In this document: piece by piece, positions 37,010-46,613 of the stretch
Layout: each line of letters starts with the position of its first letter
How positions within the stretch are numbered: the stretch's first letter is position 1
Assembly (NCBI GenBank): GCA_044352465.1
Contig: JBILDU010000009.1
Coordinates: forward strand, 1-48,576
DNA length: 48,576 nt
DNA from: Bdellovibrionota bacterium
GTDB taxonomy: Bacteria > Bdellovibrionota_C > UBA2361
Direction: 5' to 3'
Program-made: the position numbers and the translations under genes
The notes under the pieces: generated by a model
The model's input: only the letters and a program-made list of their open reading frames with translations
Databases searched by the model: none
What the model was told of the DNA's origin: nothing

Positions 37010-38674
37010 CTAGAGCCGCCCGTCGTTTAACCAGTACCGGATGAGGAGCGCTGCCTGCTGCGGATTCTCCTTCACGATGCGGGAATTCTCCGCCATGAGC
37101 TCCTCCAGTTGCGCGAGATCCACCGCTGGTTCGTACGACGGAACCGCCGCGCGCGAACGCTCGGTCTCGAGCTCTTGCTCCAGCTCGTTGATACCCGTCG
37201 GCAAGAGCCGGGCCAAGTCGACCTCCGCTTCGGTCGGCGTCGTGAGAAACTTCACGAGCGGCTTGACGATGACGAAGAAGAAGAGAAGCACGAACAGTAC
37301 CGGTCCAGCGCGGAACAGCACGTTGAAGATCATGTCCTGGGTCGCCTTGCTATCCATCTCCGCACGGAACGTCTCCTCGGGGACATGGAAGGGTATGTTC
37401 TCAACCGTGAGCGTGTCACCCCGAACCGCGTCGAAACCGACCGCGCTACGCACGACAGCCTCGATACGCGAGATAACATCGGCCTCAAGCGGCTTGAACA
37501 CCGGCTTCACGGCGGCCCCATCCGCTGCAGCACCGGTGCCTCCGGCCGGTGCGTCGTACGTGCCGTCGACAAGAACCGCGACCGACAGGCGCGTCAGCCG
37601 CCCACGCGGGGATGACGAGCGGGTAATCGCCCGAGAGACCTCATAGTTCTTAAGCTCCTCACGGCGCCGCGATTTATCATCGGAGCCCCCTGGAGCTGAC
37701 AACAAGTTCGGATCGTTCGTCACATTCGACACAACGCCCGGAATGCCACCCCGTTGCGATTGCGCCGAGCCCTCTTCGATATTGCGCTCAGAGCGAATGA
37801 CCTGACCACCGGGATCGTAGCTCTCCTCTTCCCGCTCGTTCGAGGAAAAATCGAGTTCAGCGGTCACCCGAGCGATGACCTTACCGGGGCCGATGACTTT
37901 GGCGAGCATCTGCTCGACCCGTTGAATGTAGCCCTTCTCAATCTCACGCTGGTACTGCAAACGGGTGGCTTCAAGACCAAGAGCCTCCCCCTCTTGCGGC
38001 GTATCCGAGAGAAGCGTGCCAAAAGTATCCAGAACAGTCACGTTCTCCGGCTTCAAGCCCTCGACGCTACCAGCGACGAGGTTTGTGATACCGCGGATCT
38101 GCTTACGATCAAGTTCCGCACCGGGGCGTAGATTCAAAAGCACTGACGCCGTCGGGTCGGACGCTTTCTTTGCAAAAACGGTCTTCTCTGGTTGGGCGAT
38201 GTGCACCCGCGCACTCGTCACCGATTCCAAGGAGGAGATCGTCCGTTCAAGCTCGCCCTGAATTGCCCGTTGAAATTTGATCTTCTCCTGGAACGTCGTG
38301 GTGCCAAGATTCGTATTCTCAAAGATCTCGAGCCCAACGATGCCGCCCTTCGGAACGCCATCGCCCGCGAGGCCCATTCGCACCTCATGGACCATATCGG
38401 GCGGTGAGATCGCTATCGTGCGCCCATCGCCACGAATCTCGTACTTGACCTTCTGCTCTTTTAACCGCTCGACGACCGCTGACGCGTCTTGCGGCTCAAG
38501 ATCGGAGAATAAGACCGCATAATCGGGACGATTTGCCCATTTCGAGACGAAGATGATTCCCGCTATCGAGGCGATGATGAGGAGCGGAAAGAGGATCTTT
38601 TGCGACAGCGGTAACTTTACGAAACCAGCAGTGAGCTGCCCCAGGATCGCACTCGGATCAAGATTGTTTGCCAC
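37010..38674 (-). CDS. fliF: Flagellar MS-ring protein FliF
   Basis: Two TMs, YAVLFSDL, GLEIFE, RAIQGELERTI, ARVHIA.P, ASVLL, NYEVSR and C-terminal ENPQQAALLIRYWL. Confidence 0.95.
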   Translation of the reverse strand: MANNLDPSAILGQLTAGFVKLPLSQKILFPLLIIASIAGIIFVSKWANRPDYAVLFSDLEPQDASAVVERLKEQKVKYEIRGDGRTIAISPPDMVHEVRMGLAGDGVPKGGIVGLEIFENTNLGTTTFQEKIKFQRAIQGELERTISSLESVTSARVHIAQPEKTVFAKKASDPTASVLLNLRPGAELDRKQIRGITNLVAGSVEGLKPENVTVLDTFGTLLSDTPQEGEALGLEATRLQYQREIEKGYIQRVEQMLAKVIGPGKVIARVTAELDFSSNEREEESYDPGGQVIRSERNIEEGSAQSQRGGIPGVVSNVTNDPNLLSAPGGSDDKSRRREELKNYEVSRAITRSSSPRGRLTRLSVAVLVDGTYDAPAGGTGAAADGAAVKPVFKPLEADVISRIEAVVRSAVGFDAVRGDTLTVENIPFHVPEETFRAEMDSKATQDMIFNVLFRAGPVLFVLLFFFVIVKPLVKFLTTPTEAEVDLARLLPTGINELEQELETERSRAAVPSYEPAVDLAQLEELMAENSRIVKENPQQAALLIRYWLNDGRL

Positions 38675-38720
38675 GTCAAATCTCCTCGGCTTAAAATCGG
38701 TGTTCTATCTTCGTTCGTAA

Positions 38721-39038
38721 TTAGACCTGCGTCCGCATCACTTCTTCGTAGGCGCGGATGATCTTGGATTTAATACTGGTCATTAATTGAAAAGCGATAT
38801 CCGCTTTCTCCAAAGCGATCATCGCTTCGTGCGGAGTAACTCCGTCCTTCTTCATCGTGAGGTCCTCGATTTTCTTATCAGCAGAGAGCTGCATCTTATC
38901 GACCTCTTTCACCGCACTCATGAACTCGTCGGCGAAGCTCTTTGAACCGGATGCCGGAGCGGTTTGCCCCACGCCAGGGGTAGCCGGTTTAATCGGGGCG
39001 ATCGAACTTAACTGGGTTTTAATAGCGTCGAGTGCCAT
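38721..39038 (-). CDS. fliE: Flagellar hook-basal body protein FliE
   Basis: SFADEF, HEAMIALEKA and KIIRAYEEVMRTQV. Confidence 0.93.
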   Translation of the reverse strand: MALDAIKTQLSSIAPIKPATPGVGQTAPASGSKSFADEFMSAVKEVDKMQLSADKKIEDLTMKKDGVTPHEAMIALEKADIAFQLMTSIKSKIIRAYEEVMRTQV

Positions 39039-39060
39039 AGTCAGATACTCCCTCTACCGA

Positions 39061-39492
39061 TTAGGCCCTGGTCAAAATTTCGCGCGCGTCGGTGGACATC
39101 TTCCGAGCGGTTTCGATGGCGGTGATATTCGCCTGATACAAGCGACTCGCTGACATCAGGTCGGTCATCGTCGAAACCACATTGATATTCGGATAGGCGA
39201 CGAATCCCTCCTTGTCAGCGTCAGGATGGCCCGGCTCGTACACCTTCTTTGGTGGGCTCTGATCCTCGACAACCGCGGCGATCGATGGTCGGGCGAGGCT
39301 CATCCGATCGAGTACCGAACTAAAGGTACCTGGCGTGCTTTGAGCGATCTGAATGACGTCCTTACGCTTGTACGGGCCACCTTCAGCGGTCCGCGTGGTC
39401 TCAGCGTTGGCAACGTTCGAGGCAAGAACGTTGACCCGCATCCTCGCGGCGCTCAATCCGGCAGAAAGAACCTCAAGTGCGTCGAATCCCAT
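39061..39492 (-). CDS. flgC: Flagellar rod protein FlgC
   Basis: SNVANAETTRT.EGGPYKRK, YEPGHPDAD, PNINVV and ASRLYQAN. Confidence 0.95.
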   Translation of the reverse strand: MGFDALEVLSAGLSAARMRVNVLASNVANAETTRTAEGGPYKRKDVIQIAQSTPGTFSSVLDRMSLARPSIAAVVEDQSPPKKVYEPGHPDADKEGFVAYPNINVVSTMTDLMSASRLYQANITAIETARKMSTDAREILTRA

Positions 39493-39497
39493 ACGTA

Positions 39498-39908
39498 TTA
39501 CCTTCCGGCTTCACGAATTGCGTTACGAATCAACCCTAGCTTCTTCTTCACGAGATTGGCCGCGTTTCCGTACGCGCTACTATTGGAGGCGAGACGCCCC
39601 ATCTGTAGATCAATATCAACGTTGTTGCCGTCGGGTTTGGTGAGTCCGGAGTTGTCAGCGACCGTGAATGACCCCTGCTCCGCCGAGAGATCGAGATGCT
39701 GGCCGTTGGTTTTTGCCATCGGCGAAGCCTGTCGGTCGAAGGCGCGAGCAAGCTCATTGCCAAAGTTCACGTCAACCGCGCGATACTGCGGGGTCTCCGC
39801 GTTGGCGATATTGCTTGTCAGCGCTTGGTTTCGATGCCACGTAAGATCGAGCTGTCGCTGCAGCCCGTTGAGGGTTCGGTCGAAGATATTATCGATAAAT
39901 CGAGCCAT
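39498..39908 (-). CDS. flgB: Flagellar rod protein FlgB
   Basis: SNIANAETPQY, DVNF and PDGNNVDID. Start moved to the ATG at 39908, which follows GGAGAG. Confidence 0.93.
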   Translation of the reverse strand: MARFIDNIFDRTLNGLQRQLDLTWHRNQALTSNIANAETPQYRAVDVNFGNELARAFDRQASPMAKTNGQHLDLSAEQGSFTVADNSGLTKPDGNNVDIDLQMGRLASNSSAYGNAANLVKKKLGLIRNAIREAGR

Positions 39909-40071
39909 CTTTCTCTCCGTACTAACCTTTCCATTCCATGGAGCTCCCTTCGCTACCCATGAAACCGCGTTACGAAATAGCCGTCCGAAGCTAATTCTAT
40001 CCGCGAGCCCGTTTTGGTTGGGTACGTTGGTTCCCACACACAACGTCTCCTCCAAATCCGTCGCCTTCACG

Positions 40072-40087
40072 TTGCACACTCGTGCCA
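40072..40087 (-). promoter_or_regulatory. Sigma54-like -24/-12 motif with a spacer one base short
   Basis: Minus strand TGGCACGAGTGTGCAA is GG-N9-GC (canonical is N10), about 165 bp upstream of flgB. Confidence 0.25.
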
Positions 40088-40302
40088 CATTCCGACTAAC
40101 CCACCGTTCTCAACGTCATCGCTACGACACGGTTGTGGGCTTATGGGGTGCAATGCAAAGGCCGTGCATGGTGACGCCCCAATGAGATTAATAGGTTACC
40201 GCCCCAAAGCCGTTAAAACTTTGGCGGTTGTCAATAAGTTGACGCCGGAGTTCGCCGATTCGATTCATCCTCGGCGACGTATCTCGACCGAGCCGAGCGG
40301 CG

Positions 40303-41229
40303 CTAACGAGACAGATCGAGGGTAAAGAACAGACGCGCCCACTGCAGCGCCTCAATACCATCCCGCGGCTGCGGGGCTGAATGAACGAGGGGATGGGAGG
40401 TTCTCGCGGTTGAACCGTAAAAGACGATGCCGAATCCATCGGGGGCGCGATGAATCAAGCTATCAGTTCCCTCTCCAGCGGCCCTTATCGTCTGCCGGTA
40501 CGCTGCTTGAACTAATGTATCAAAGTCGAACGGACCGGATATCTCCGGGGCGCCGTACCCCGATCGCCGCACTTTCGCCGCGAAGTGGCTTTCAGCCTCA
40601 CGACCGAGCAGAAAAATCGTCTGAGGCCCGAGGAGTGGTGCGACCACACGGGCCGCGGATGCGTCCACATGAAAGGTAGTGGAGCCGGGGCCACGCTCCA
40701 ACTCGAGCCGCCGAGGTCCACGTTCACTCACGATCGTGAGCGCGAGACCGGTCGCGCCGGTGAGCGCTGCAAAACCATCGACAAAACGGTCGATACGACT
40801 GCAGAGGAGACGAATGAAATCACGCGAAGCGACAAGGCTCCGCCGTAAAATCGGGGCTACCCTCTGCTCCGTCGGTTCATCGGCTGAAATCGTCCCGACA
40901 AAGTGCTCGACTCGAAGATGCAGTTGGAGAGCGATCGCCTCACCCACCCGTGCCGCTTCGTGATGGAGGCGGAGCTCTCGTGCAGAGTCGCCAAGACACA
41001 AGACCTGGAAATGGGGAGCCCTCAACAACGGAGCGAAAGAGCCACACTCAGCGAAGGAAGCAACCACAACACCACGTTGAAGATCGGAGCGCTCAACGAG
41101 AGTGACCTGTGGACTCAGATTTTCGAGCGGCGACGCTCCACGGCGAGGCGGGAAAGACGCGTCGGCAAGGGCGCCCTCTTTCTCGGGCGGCGTAACCCCG
41201 AGGGTTTGGTCTGGGTGTTGCGGCTCCAT
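40303..41229 (-). CDS. Hypothetical protein
   Basis: 308-aa ORF with GAGGGGAG RBS that fills the gap. No recognisable motif. Confidence 0.6.
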   Translation of the reverse strand: MEPQHPDQTLGVTPPEKEGALADASFPPRRGASPLENLSPQVTLVERSDLQRGVVVASFAECGSFAPLLRAPHFQVLCLGDSARELRLHHEAARVGEAIALQLHLRVEHFVGTISADEPTEQRVAPILRRSLVASRDFIRLLCSRIDRFVDGFAALTGATGLALTIVSERGPRRLELERGPGSTTFHVDASAARVVAPLLGPQTIFLLGREAESHFAAKVRRSGYGAPEISGPFDFDTLVQAAYRQTIRAAGEGTDSLIHRAPDGFGIVFYGSTARTSHPLVHSAPQPRDGIEALQWARLFFTLDLSR

Positions 41230-41530
41230 CTCGAGCTCCCCTCACCTTGACGATTCGTTCAACGTGTTTGCCATCGGTGTCCTCACACCCCTCTCCATTG
41301 ATGCGGCTTCTCTTTATTCCATCAGAGCATCCCCTTTCTGGGCGGGGACTCTTCATACCGCAGCCGCTACCGTTATATCCGCATAAACCCGGTTTTGTCC
41401 TTCCCTCCCCTTGCCTCGTTGATTACACTGGTCCGGCATTACACGCTCGCCACGTGAAGCGGCGGCGGTCTTGTTTCGTAGCTGGGCTGAATCAAATCAC
41501 CCGATTCCACTTTCAGTTCTCACGGAGTTT

Positions 41531-44206
41531 GTGAACACCCGAGAGCATTCCCGACTGAGCGAAAAGCTGGAGGGCCACTCAACGTGGAAGCGCTGGGGGC
41601 CCTACGTGGCGGAGCGATCGTGGGGAACCGTTCGTGAGGACTATAGCGCTCAGGGAGACGCCTGGGGCCACCTGCCGCACGATCACGCCCGGAGCAAAGC
41701 TTACCGATGGGGCGAAGATGGGCTCGCCGCGATCTGCGACCGTTTCCAACTCCTCGTCTTCTCTTTGGCTTTTTGGAACGAACGCGATCCGATTTTGAAG
41801 GAACGGCTCTTCGGCCTCGTCCCCGCCGAGGGTAACCACGGAGAAGACGTCAAGGAGTACTATTTTTACCTCGATAGTACGCCGACCCACTCGTACATGA
41901 AGTACCTCTATAAGTATCCTCAGCGGGAGTACCCTTATGCCCAACTTATCGCTGAGAATCGCGCCCGCAACGGTCGAGGTTTCGAGTATGAGCTCCTCGA
42001 CACCGGCGTTTTCGATGAGGACCGCTATTTCGATATATTTGTTGAGTATACGAAGAACTCACCTGAGGATATCGGGATTCGGATCCATGTCTGTAACCGC
42101 GGACCTGAGGAAGCCCCCCTTCATCTCATCCCCCAACTTACCTTTCGTAATACCTGGGCATGGACCGAGCCGCGCGGTCCGGAACCAAAGATAGAAGCGG
42201 GGCCGCCATGCCATGGCGGCGTCTCGGTCGTGGCGGACGATTCGGGGGCCCACCTGCTGCCAAATTTACCAACCCCCTACTCCCTTGGCCGGAGGTTTCT
42301 CTACGCCGCCACGACCCACGCAGGCAAGGCACCCCGCACCCTCTTTACCGATAACGAAACCAACACCGTGCGACTCTACGGAGCCGATCCGGCGAAAGCG
42401 CGCCGCTTCCACAAAGATGGGTTCCAGCGCCATATCGTTCAAGGGGAGGAGTGCCTTCATCCAACGAGCGGCACCAAAGCGGGGCTTCATTACCAGGTCT
42501 CCGTCCCACCTCACGGCACGGTAACGGTGGATCTCCGTCTCTCACCGAACGAACTGGCGCGCCCATTTGAGGACCTCGAGCAACTCTTCACTCAACGCCG
42601 CCATGAGGCCGACGAGTTCTACAGCGCCATCCACCCACCCAAAGCGACCCCCGATGAGCGGTTAGTGCAACGCCAGGCGCTCGCGGGGATGTTATGGACC
42701 AAACAGATCTATCTGTACGACGTTGATCGATGGCTCCAGGGAGACCCGAGTAGCCCCCCACCCTCCTCAACGCGACACCACGTACGGAACGGGCATTGGC
42801 GCCATCTCAATTCGATGCGCATCATGTCGATGCCCGATAAGTGGGAGTATCCCTGGTTCGCCTCGTGGGATCTCGCGTTTCATTGCGTTGCGTTAGCCCT
42901 CGTCGATCTTGACTTCGCCAAAGAGCAGCTATGGTTGATGCTCTTCGAACAGTTTCAACACCCTAACGGCCAGATTCCAGCGTACGAATGGGAGTTCTCC
43001 GATCTCAATCCTCCGGTGCAAGCGTGGGCCGCGTGGCGGGTGTACTCGTGGGAAAAACGAAGACACGGGCGGAGTGACCGCGAATTTCTCGAGCGGTGTT
43101 TCCATAAATTACTGCTCAACTTTACGTGGTGGATTAATCGAGTCGACTCGGAGGGAAACAATCTCTTCGAGGGGGGATTTCTGGGGCTCGACAACATCAC
43201 CGTCGTTGACCGGAGCACCAAACTACTCAATGGGGTCAAATTAGAGCAGTCAGATGCGACCGGATGGATGGGATTTTTCTGTCTCACCATGATGCGCATC
43301 GCCCTCGAACTCGGCGTCGAAAACAAGGTGTACGAGGGACTCGCGACGAAGTTCTTCGAGCATTACGTCTACGTGGGCGCCGCGATGAAGCACATGGGAG
43401 GACGCGAATACTCACTCTGGGACGAGACGGACGGCTTCTTCTACGACGTCCTGCGTTACCCCAACGGTGCTTTCGAGAAGTTTCGCGTTCGCTCGCTCGT
43501 AGGCGTCATCCCGATCTATGCCATCGAACGTCTTGTTCCTGACTGGCTTGAACCGTTTCCAGAGTTTCGCCGCAACGTGGAATGGTTCTATCGGAATCGA
43601 CCTGAACTCGTCCAGCGGTGTTGCTACCTCGTGGAGAATCACGGCCAGAGATCGTTAGTCCTCGGGGTGGTCGATGAGACTCAGCTACGTCGAATCATCG
43701 ACCGCATCCTTGACCCCGCCGAGTTCCTATCCGACTGGGGCATTCGTAGTCTTTCGAAGTTTCATGCTGATAATCCGTTTCGCTTCGGCGAGAGCGAAGT
43801 GCGCTACGAACCCGCAGAGTCGGACTGCAAGATCAAGGGGGGAAACTCGAATTGGCGTGGCCCCATTTGGTTCCCTACCTCATTGCTACTGATCGAATCG
43901 CTCCGCAAACTGGGCCAGGCTTTCGGCGATTCATTTACGGTTAAAACCGTCAGCGGAGAAGAGGTCCCGCTCAACGCCATGGCCGAAGACATCGCCAACC
44001 GAATGATCCGCATATTTTGCCGCGACAAGGATGGGCGCCGGGCGGTCTACGGAGGATCGGCTCGTTTTCAAGAAGACCCTTACTGGCGTGACCACATCCT
44101 TTTTTACGAGTATTTCCATGGCGACAACGGCGCAGGACTCGGAGCCTCCCACCAAACCGGGTGGACCGGGCTGGTGGCGGCACTTATCGATGAATGGCGG
44201 CGGTAA
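41531..44206 (+). CDS. GH63/MGH1-like glucosidase
   Basis: [66 protein letters not shown] and [23 protein letters not shown] start at 41531 follows GGAG. Confidence 0.9.
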   Translation: MNTREHSRLSEKLEGHSTWKRWGPYVAERSWGTVREDYSAQGDAWGHLPHDHARSKAYRWGEDGLAAICDRFQLLVFSLAFWNERDPILKERLFGLVPAEGNHGEDVKEYYFYLDSTPTHSYMKYLYKYPQREYPYAQLIAENRARNGRGFEYELLDTGVFDEDRYFDIFVEYTKNSPEDIGIRIHVCNRGPEEAPLHLIPQLTFRNTWAWTEPRGPEPKIEAGPPCHGGVSVVADDSGAHLLPNLPTPYSLGRRFLYAATTHAGKAPRTLFTDNETNTVRLYGADPAKARRFHKDGFQRHIVQGEECLHPTSGTKAGLHYQVSVPPHGTVTVDLRLSPNELARPFEDLEQLFTQRRHEADEFYSAIHPPKATPDERLVQRQALAGMLWTKQIYLYDVDRWLQGDPSSPPPSSTRHHVRNGHWRHLNSMRIMSMPDKWEYPWFASWDLAFHCVALALVDLDFAKEQLWLMLFEQFQHPNGQIPAYEWEFSDLNPPVQAWAAWRVYSWEKRRHGRSDREFLERCFHKLLLNFTWWINRVDSEGNNLFEGGFLGLDNITVVDRSTKLLNGVKLEQSDATGWMGFFCLTMMRIALELGVENKVYEGLATKFFEHYVYVGAAMKHMGGREYSLWDETDGFFYDVLRYPNGAFEKFRVRSLVGVIPIYAIERLVPDWLEPFPEFRRNVEWFYRNRPELVQRCCYLVENHGQRSLVLGVVDETQLRRIIDRILDPAEFLSDWGIRSLSKFHADNPFRFGESEVRYEPAESDCKIKGGNSNWRGPIWFPTSLLLIESLRKLGQAFGDSFTVKTVSGEEVPLNAMAEDIANRMIRIFCRDKDGRRAVYGGSARFQEDPYWRDHILFYEYFHGDNGAGLGASHQTGWTGLVAALIDEWRR

Positions 44207-44322
44207 TTTCGAGCTGCATATGCCCCCAAGCCGACCGGAGGCCGAGGGCGAGCCAAACAGACAAAGCTCGCCCTCCGCCCCCGGACTGCTCTGAGGTGTG
44301 AAGGAACTTATCGAAAGGAGCG

Positions 44323-44910
44323 TTAGACCTGCCGCTCGAACTTCCGCAGGAAGTCCTCAAGCTTATCAAGCTTCGGCTCAAGCTCCTTTTCGAGCGTCTC
44401 ACCAAGCGCCCACCACGACTGGTAAAGCTGCTGCTGACAGATTCGCTTACAGATAGTCGAGATCTCGATCACCTGGGTTGAGATATCATAGTTCACCCGT
44501 TTCTCTGGGGTGACTAACTCAAAGATAACTCCGTACCATTCAAAGAAAGCCTGAGCCGTTTTCACTGCGGTCATCAATTGCTGATTACCCCGCTGCATAT
44601 CACCGGCTTGGAAGGACTTCCGGGAGTCGCGAAACTCCATATAGCAGGCTTGGATGACCGCGCTCGCTTTCGAAAGACGGTCCTCGACAAACCTCTCAGG
44701 CGTATCGGTTTCCACCTCAACGATCGCCGTCTCAAAAGCGCCACATGGCGCGCTCCAATCGTTATCGCCAAGCTCTTTCCCATCCAAAAGCAAGTGGGTG
44801 ATCATATGCTCGGGATCGATCGACGCTTTAATCAATTCGACCATATCCGCCATCTTGGGGAGGCCGGTTCCGCTGATTGAAGACTCGCTACCGTTGATGA
44901 TGACTCGCAT
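44323..44910 (-). CDS. Hypothetical protein associated with flagellin-modification loci
   Basis: Third gene of the operon with a GGAG RBS. C-terminal WWALGETLEKELEP resembles the 'D...LAD.LEYEL.P' helix recalled from Maf-associated proteins. Confidence 0.6.
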   Translation of the reverse strand: MRVIINGSESSISGTGLPKMADMVELIKASIDPEHMITHLLLDGKELGDNDWSAPCGAFETAIVEVETDTPERFVEDRLSKASAVIQACYMEFRDSRKSFQAGDMQRGNQQLMTAVKTAQAFFEWYGVIFELVTPEKRVNYDISTQVIEISTICKRICQQQLYQSWWALGETLEKELEPKLDKLEDFLRKFERQV

Positions 44911-44963
44911 CGCTATTCTCTCCTAAAAAACCGCGCCGCTGTTGTTATCGAGCGCTCCGTCGC

Positions 44964-46613
44964 CTAGTTCCCGTAGTACGCGGCCAACTTATTGCCACGT
45001 CGAATCAGATCGCCATAAATCGTTCCCATATTCGATGCCAGTGCCATCGGATCGGATCCTGAAAGATTCTCCTTGGCGAAGATGAACATGCGGGTGAGTG
45101 GACCTAATGGACCGAAATTAAACCCGATCTCCTCGATTCGACGATCAAGCGCCGAAAGCTGTTCATTCACTCCGACGAGCGCCCGACCGGACGATCTGAC
45201 GTCCCGAATGAGTTTCTTGAGCTCCTCAATGAGCACTTCGCCCCGGCTCCCCAGTTCGACAACCTGGCGTAATCCCTCGATCGAATCGGGGAGCACCGTT
45301 AGGCTGCCACGCTCGCGATGCTCGCGGGTGGCGTCCAATTCGAATCCTCCGATATCCTCAAGCCACACCTTGCGGTAAGCATCACGATATCTCGCGAGCG
45401 GATCCATCGCATTGGAACTGAGCGGTCGGAGGTCGCAGAAGCCGTATCTATCGAACTCGGAGCGGTAGACGATAACCTGACGTGGGTCGACGAACCCCTC
45501 CGGCAGCGTTCGAAAATCCTCCTGGAGCCGCATCATCGTCAACTTCGCCACGAGCTCGGGACTAATCGTGTCGTGACAATCGGTTTGGGAGCACGGCTTA
45601 TTCGGGTTACACGGACCACAACCGATCACCGGTTGGAGGACAATATTACCCTCGCTATACGGGCCAGTCTCATACCCGTACGCCGACGCCAGGAACATGG
45701 CGACGACCGGAGTTCCGGTTGCGACACAAACGTGCATCGGCCCGGTATCACCGGTAACTAGTATATCGCTCTGCTCTAATACAGCAGCAAGCTGAGGAAT
45801 TGTTGTCTTCCCCGCAAAAACCGCCACGTTCGGAGAGTCGCATCCGGCCTTAATCGGATCGATGATGGCGAGCTCCTTCTTCGTGCCCACTAATACGACA
45901 CGGGCGTTGTGCTGCTGCACAAGGATGTTCACCAGTTTAATAAAATGTGCCGGTGCCCATTGACGCTTTTCCTGACTCGCGCCCGCCTGAATAGCGATAA
46001 GCGGTCCGGTATTCGTAAATCCCGCCTCCCGAATCAACTGTTCGGCATGCGCCTCGGCATCATCCGGAATCGTCAGCAAGAGCCGGTTCGGATGCTTATC
46101 GACATCGGCCGAGCAACGAAAAACGTCAACAAGGTTCAGAGAATTATACTGGCGATTCTGATGGAACACCGATGTCGCAAACAAGCGGGCCCAATCAGAC
46201 TCAATGACCCGATGCCCCTCATCATCCGCAGTCCATCCCCCGTTCCGTTCGATGCCCACGAGTTTGAGCAGCAGGGCGGTATACCCCGACGACGACATAT
46301 TCAGACAATAGTCGAATTGCCGTCCGCGCAGATCGGTAACGACTTCGGAGACGTACTCATACGCATCGATAATGCCATCTTGCTCACGCGACAGGGACCG
46401 CACCGTCATCCCGAGATCAACGCTGACAACCTCATCGACGTTCGGAATGCTGTGGCAGACCTCTTCGAATTGCTTCTCCACTAAGACCGTCACTCGGCTA
46501 TCCGGATTCTCCGCTTTCATCCCCGCGATCGTCGGAGTTGCCTGAAGCATATCTCCGAGCCGGGTGATATTCACGAGGAGGATATTGGTCTTGTCAGGAT
46601 ATCGTTTCTTCAT
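44964..46613 (-). CDS. Glycosyltransferase family 9 (heptosyltransferase-like) with C-terminal helical extension
   Basis: ILLVNITRLGDMLQATP, AGASQEKRQW, GKTTIPQLAAVL, VTGDTGPMH and CGPC...C...C. Confidence 0.88.
   Translation of the reverse strand: MKKRYPDKTNILLVNITRLGDMLQATPTIAGMKAENPDSRVTVLVEKQFEEVCHSIPNVDEVVSVDLGMTVRSLSREQDGIIDAYEYVSEVVTDLRGRQFDYCLNMSSSGYTALLLKLVGIERNGGWTADDEGHRVIESDWARLFATSVFHQNRQYNSLNLVDVFRCSADVDKHPNRLLLTIPDDAEAHAEQLIREAGFTNTGPLIAIQAGASQEKRQWAPAHFIKLVNILVQQHNARVVLVGTKKELAIIDPIKAGCDSPNVAVFAGKTTIPQLAAVLEQSDILVTGDTGPMHVCVATGTPVVAMFLASAYGYETGPYSEGNIVLQPVIGCGPCNPNKPCSQTDCHDTISPELVAKLTMMRLQEDFRTLPEGFVDPRQVIVYRSEFDRYGFCDLRPLSSNAMDPLARYRDAYRKVWLEDIGGFELDATREHRERGSLTVLPDSIEGLRQVVELGSRGEVLIEELKKLIRDVRSSGRALVGVNEQLSALDRRIEEIGFNFGPLGPLTRMFIFAKENLSGSDPMALASNMGTIYGDLIRRGNKLAAYYGN

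Noticed and set aside
33425..39908. Non-flagellar injectisome interpretation
   Set aside because: flgB, flgC, fliE and a full-length two-TM FliF are flagellar-type. No secretin or needle genes were seen.
39226..40185. Long antisense ORFs (also 3672-4493, 6799-7650, 20549-21220, 37041-37646)
   Set aside because: Shadow frames of well-supported genes in GC-rich DNA.
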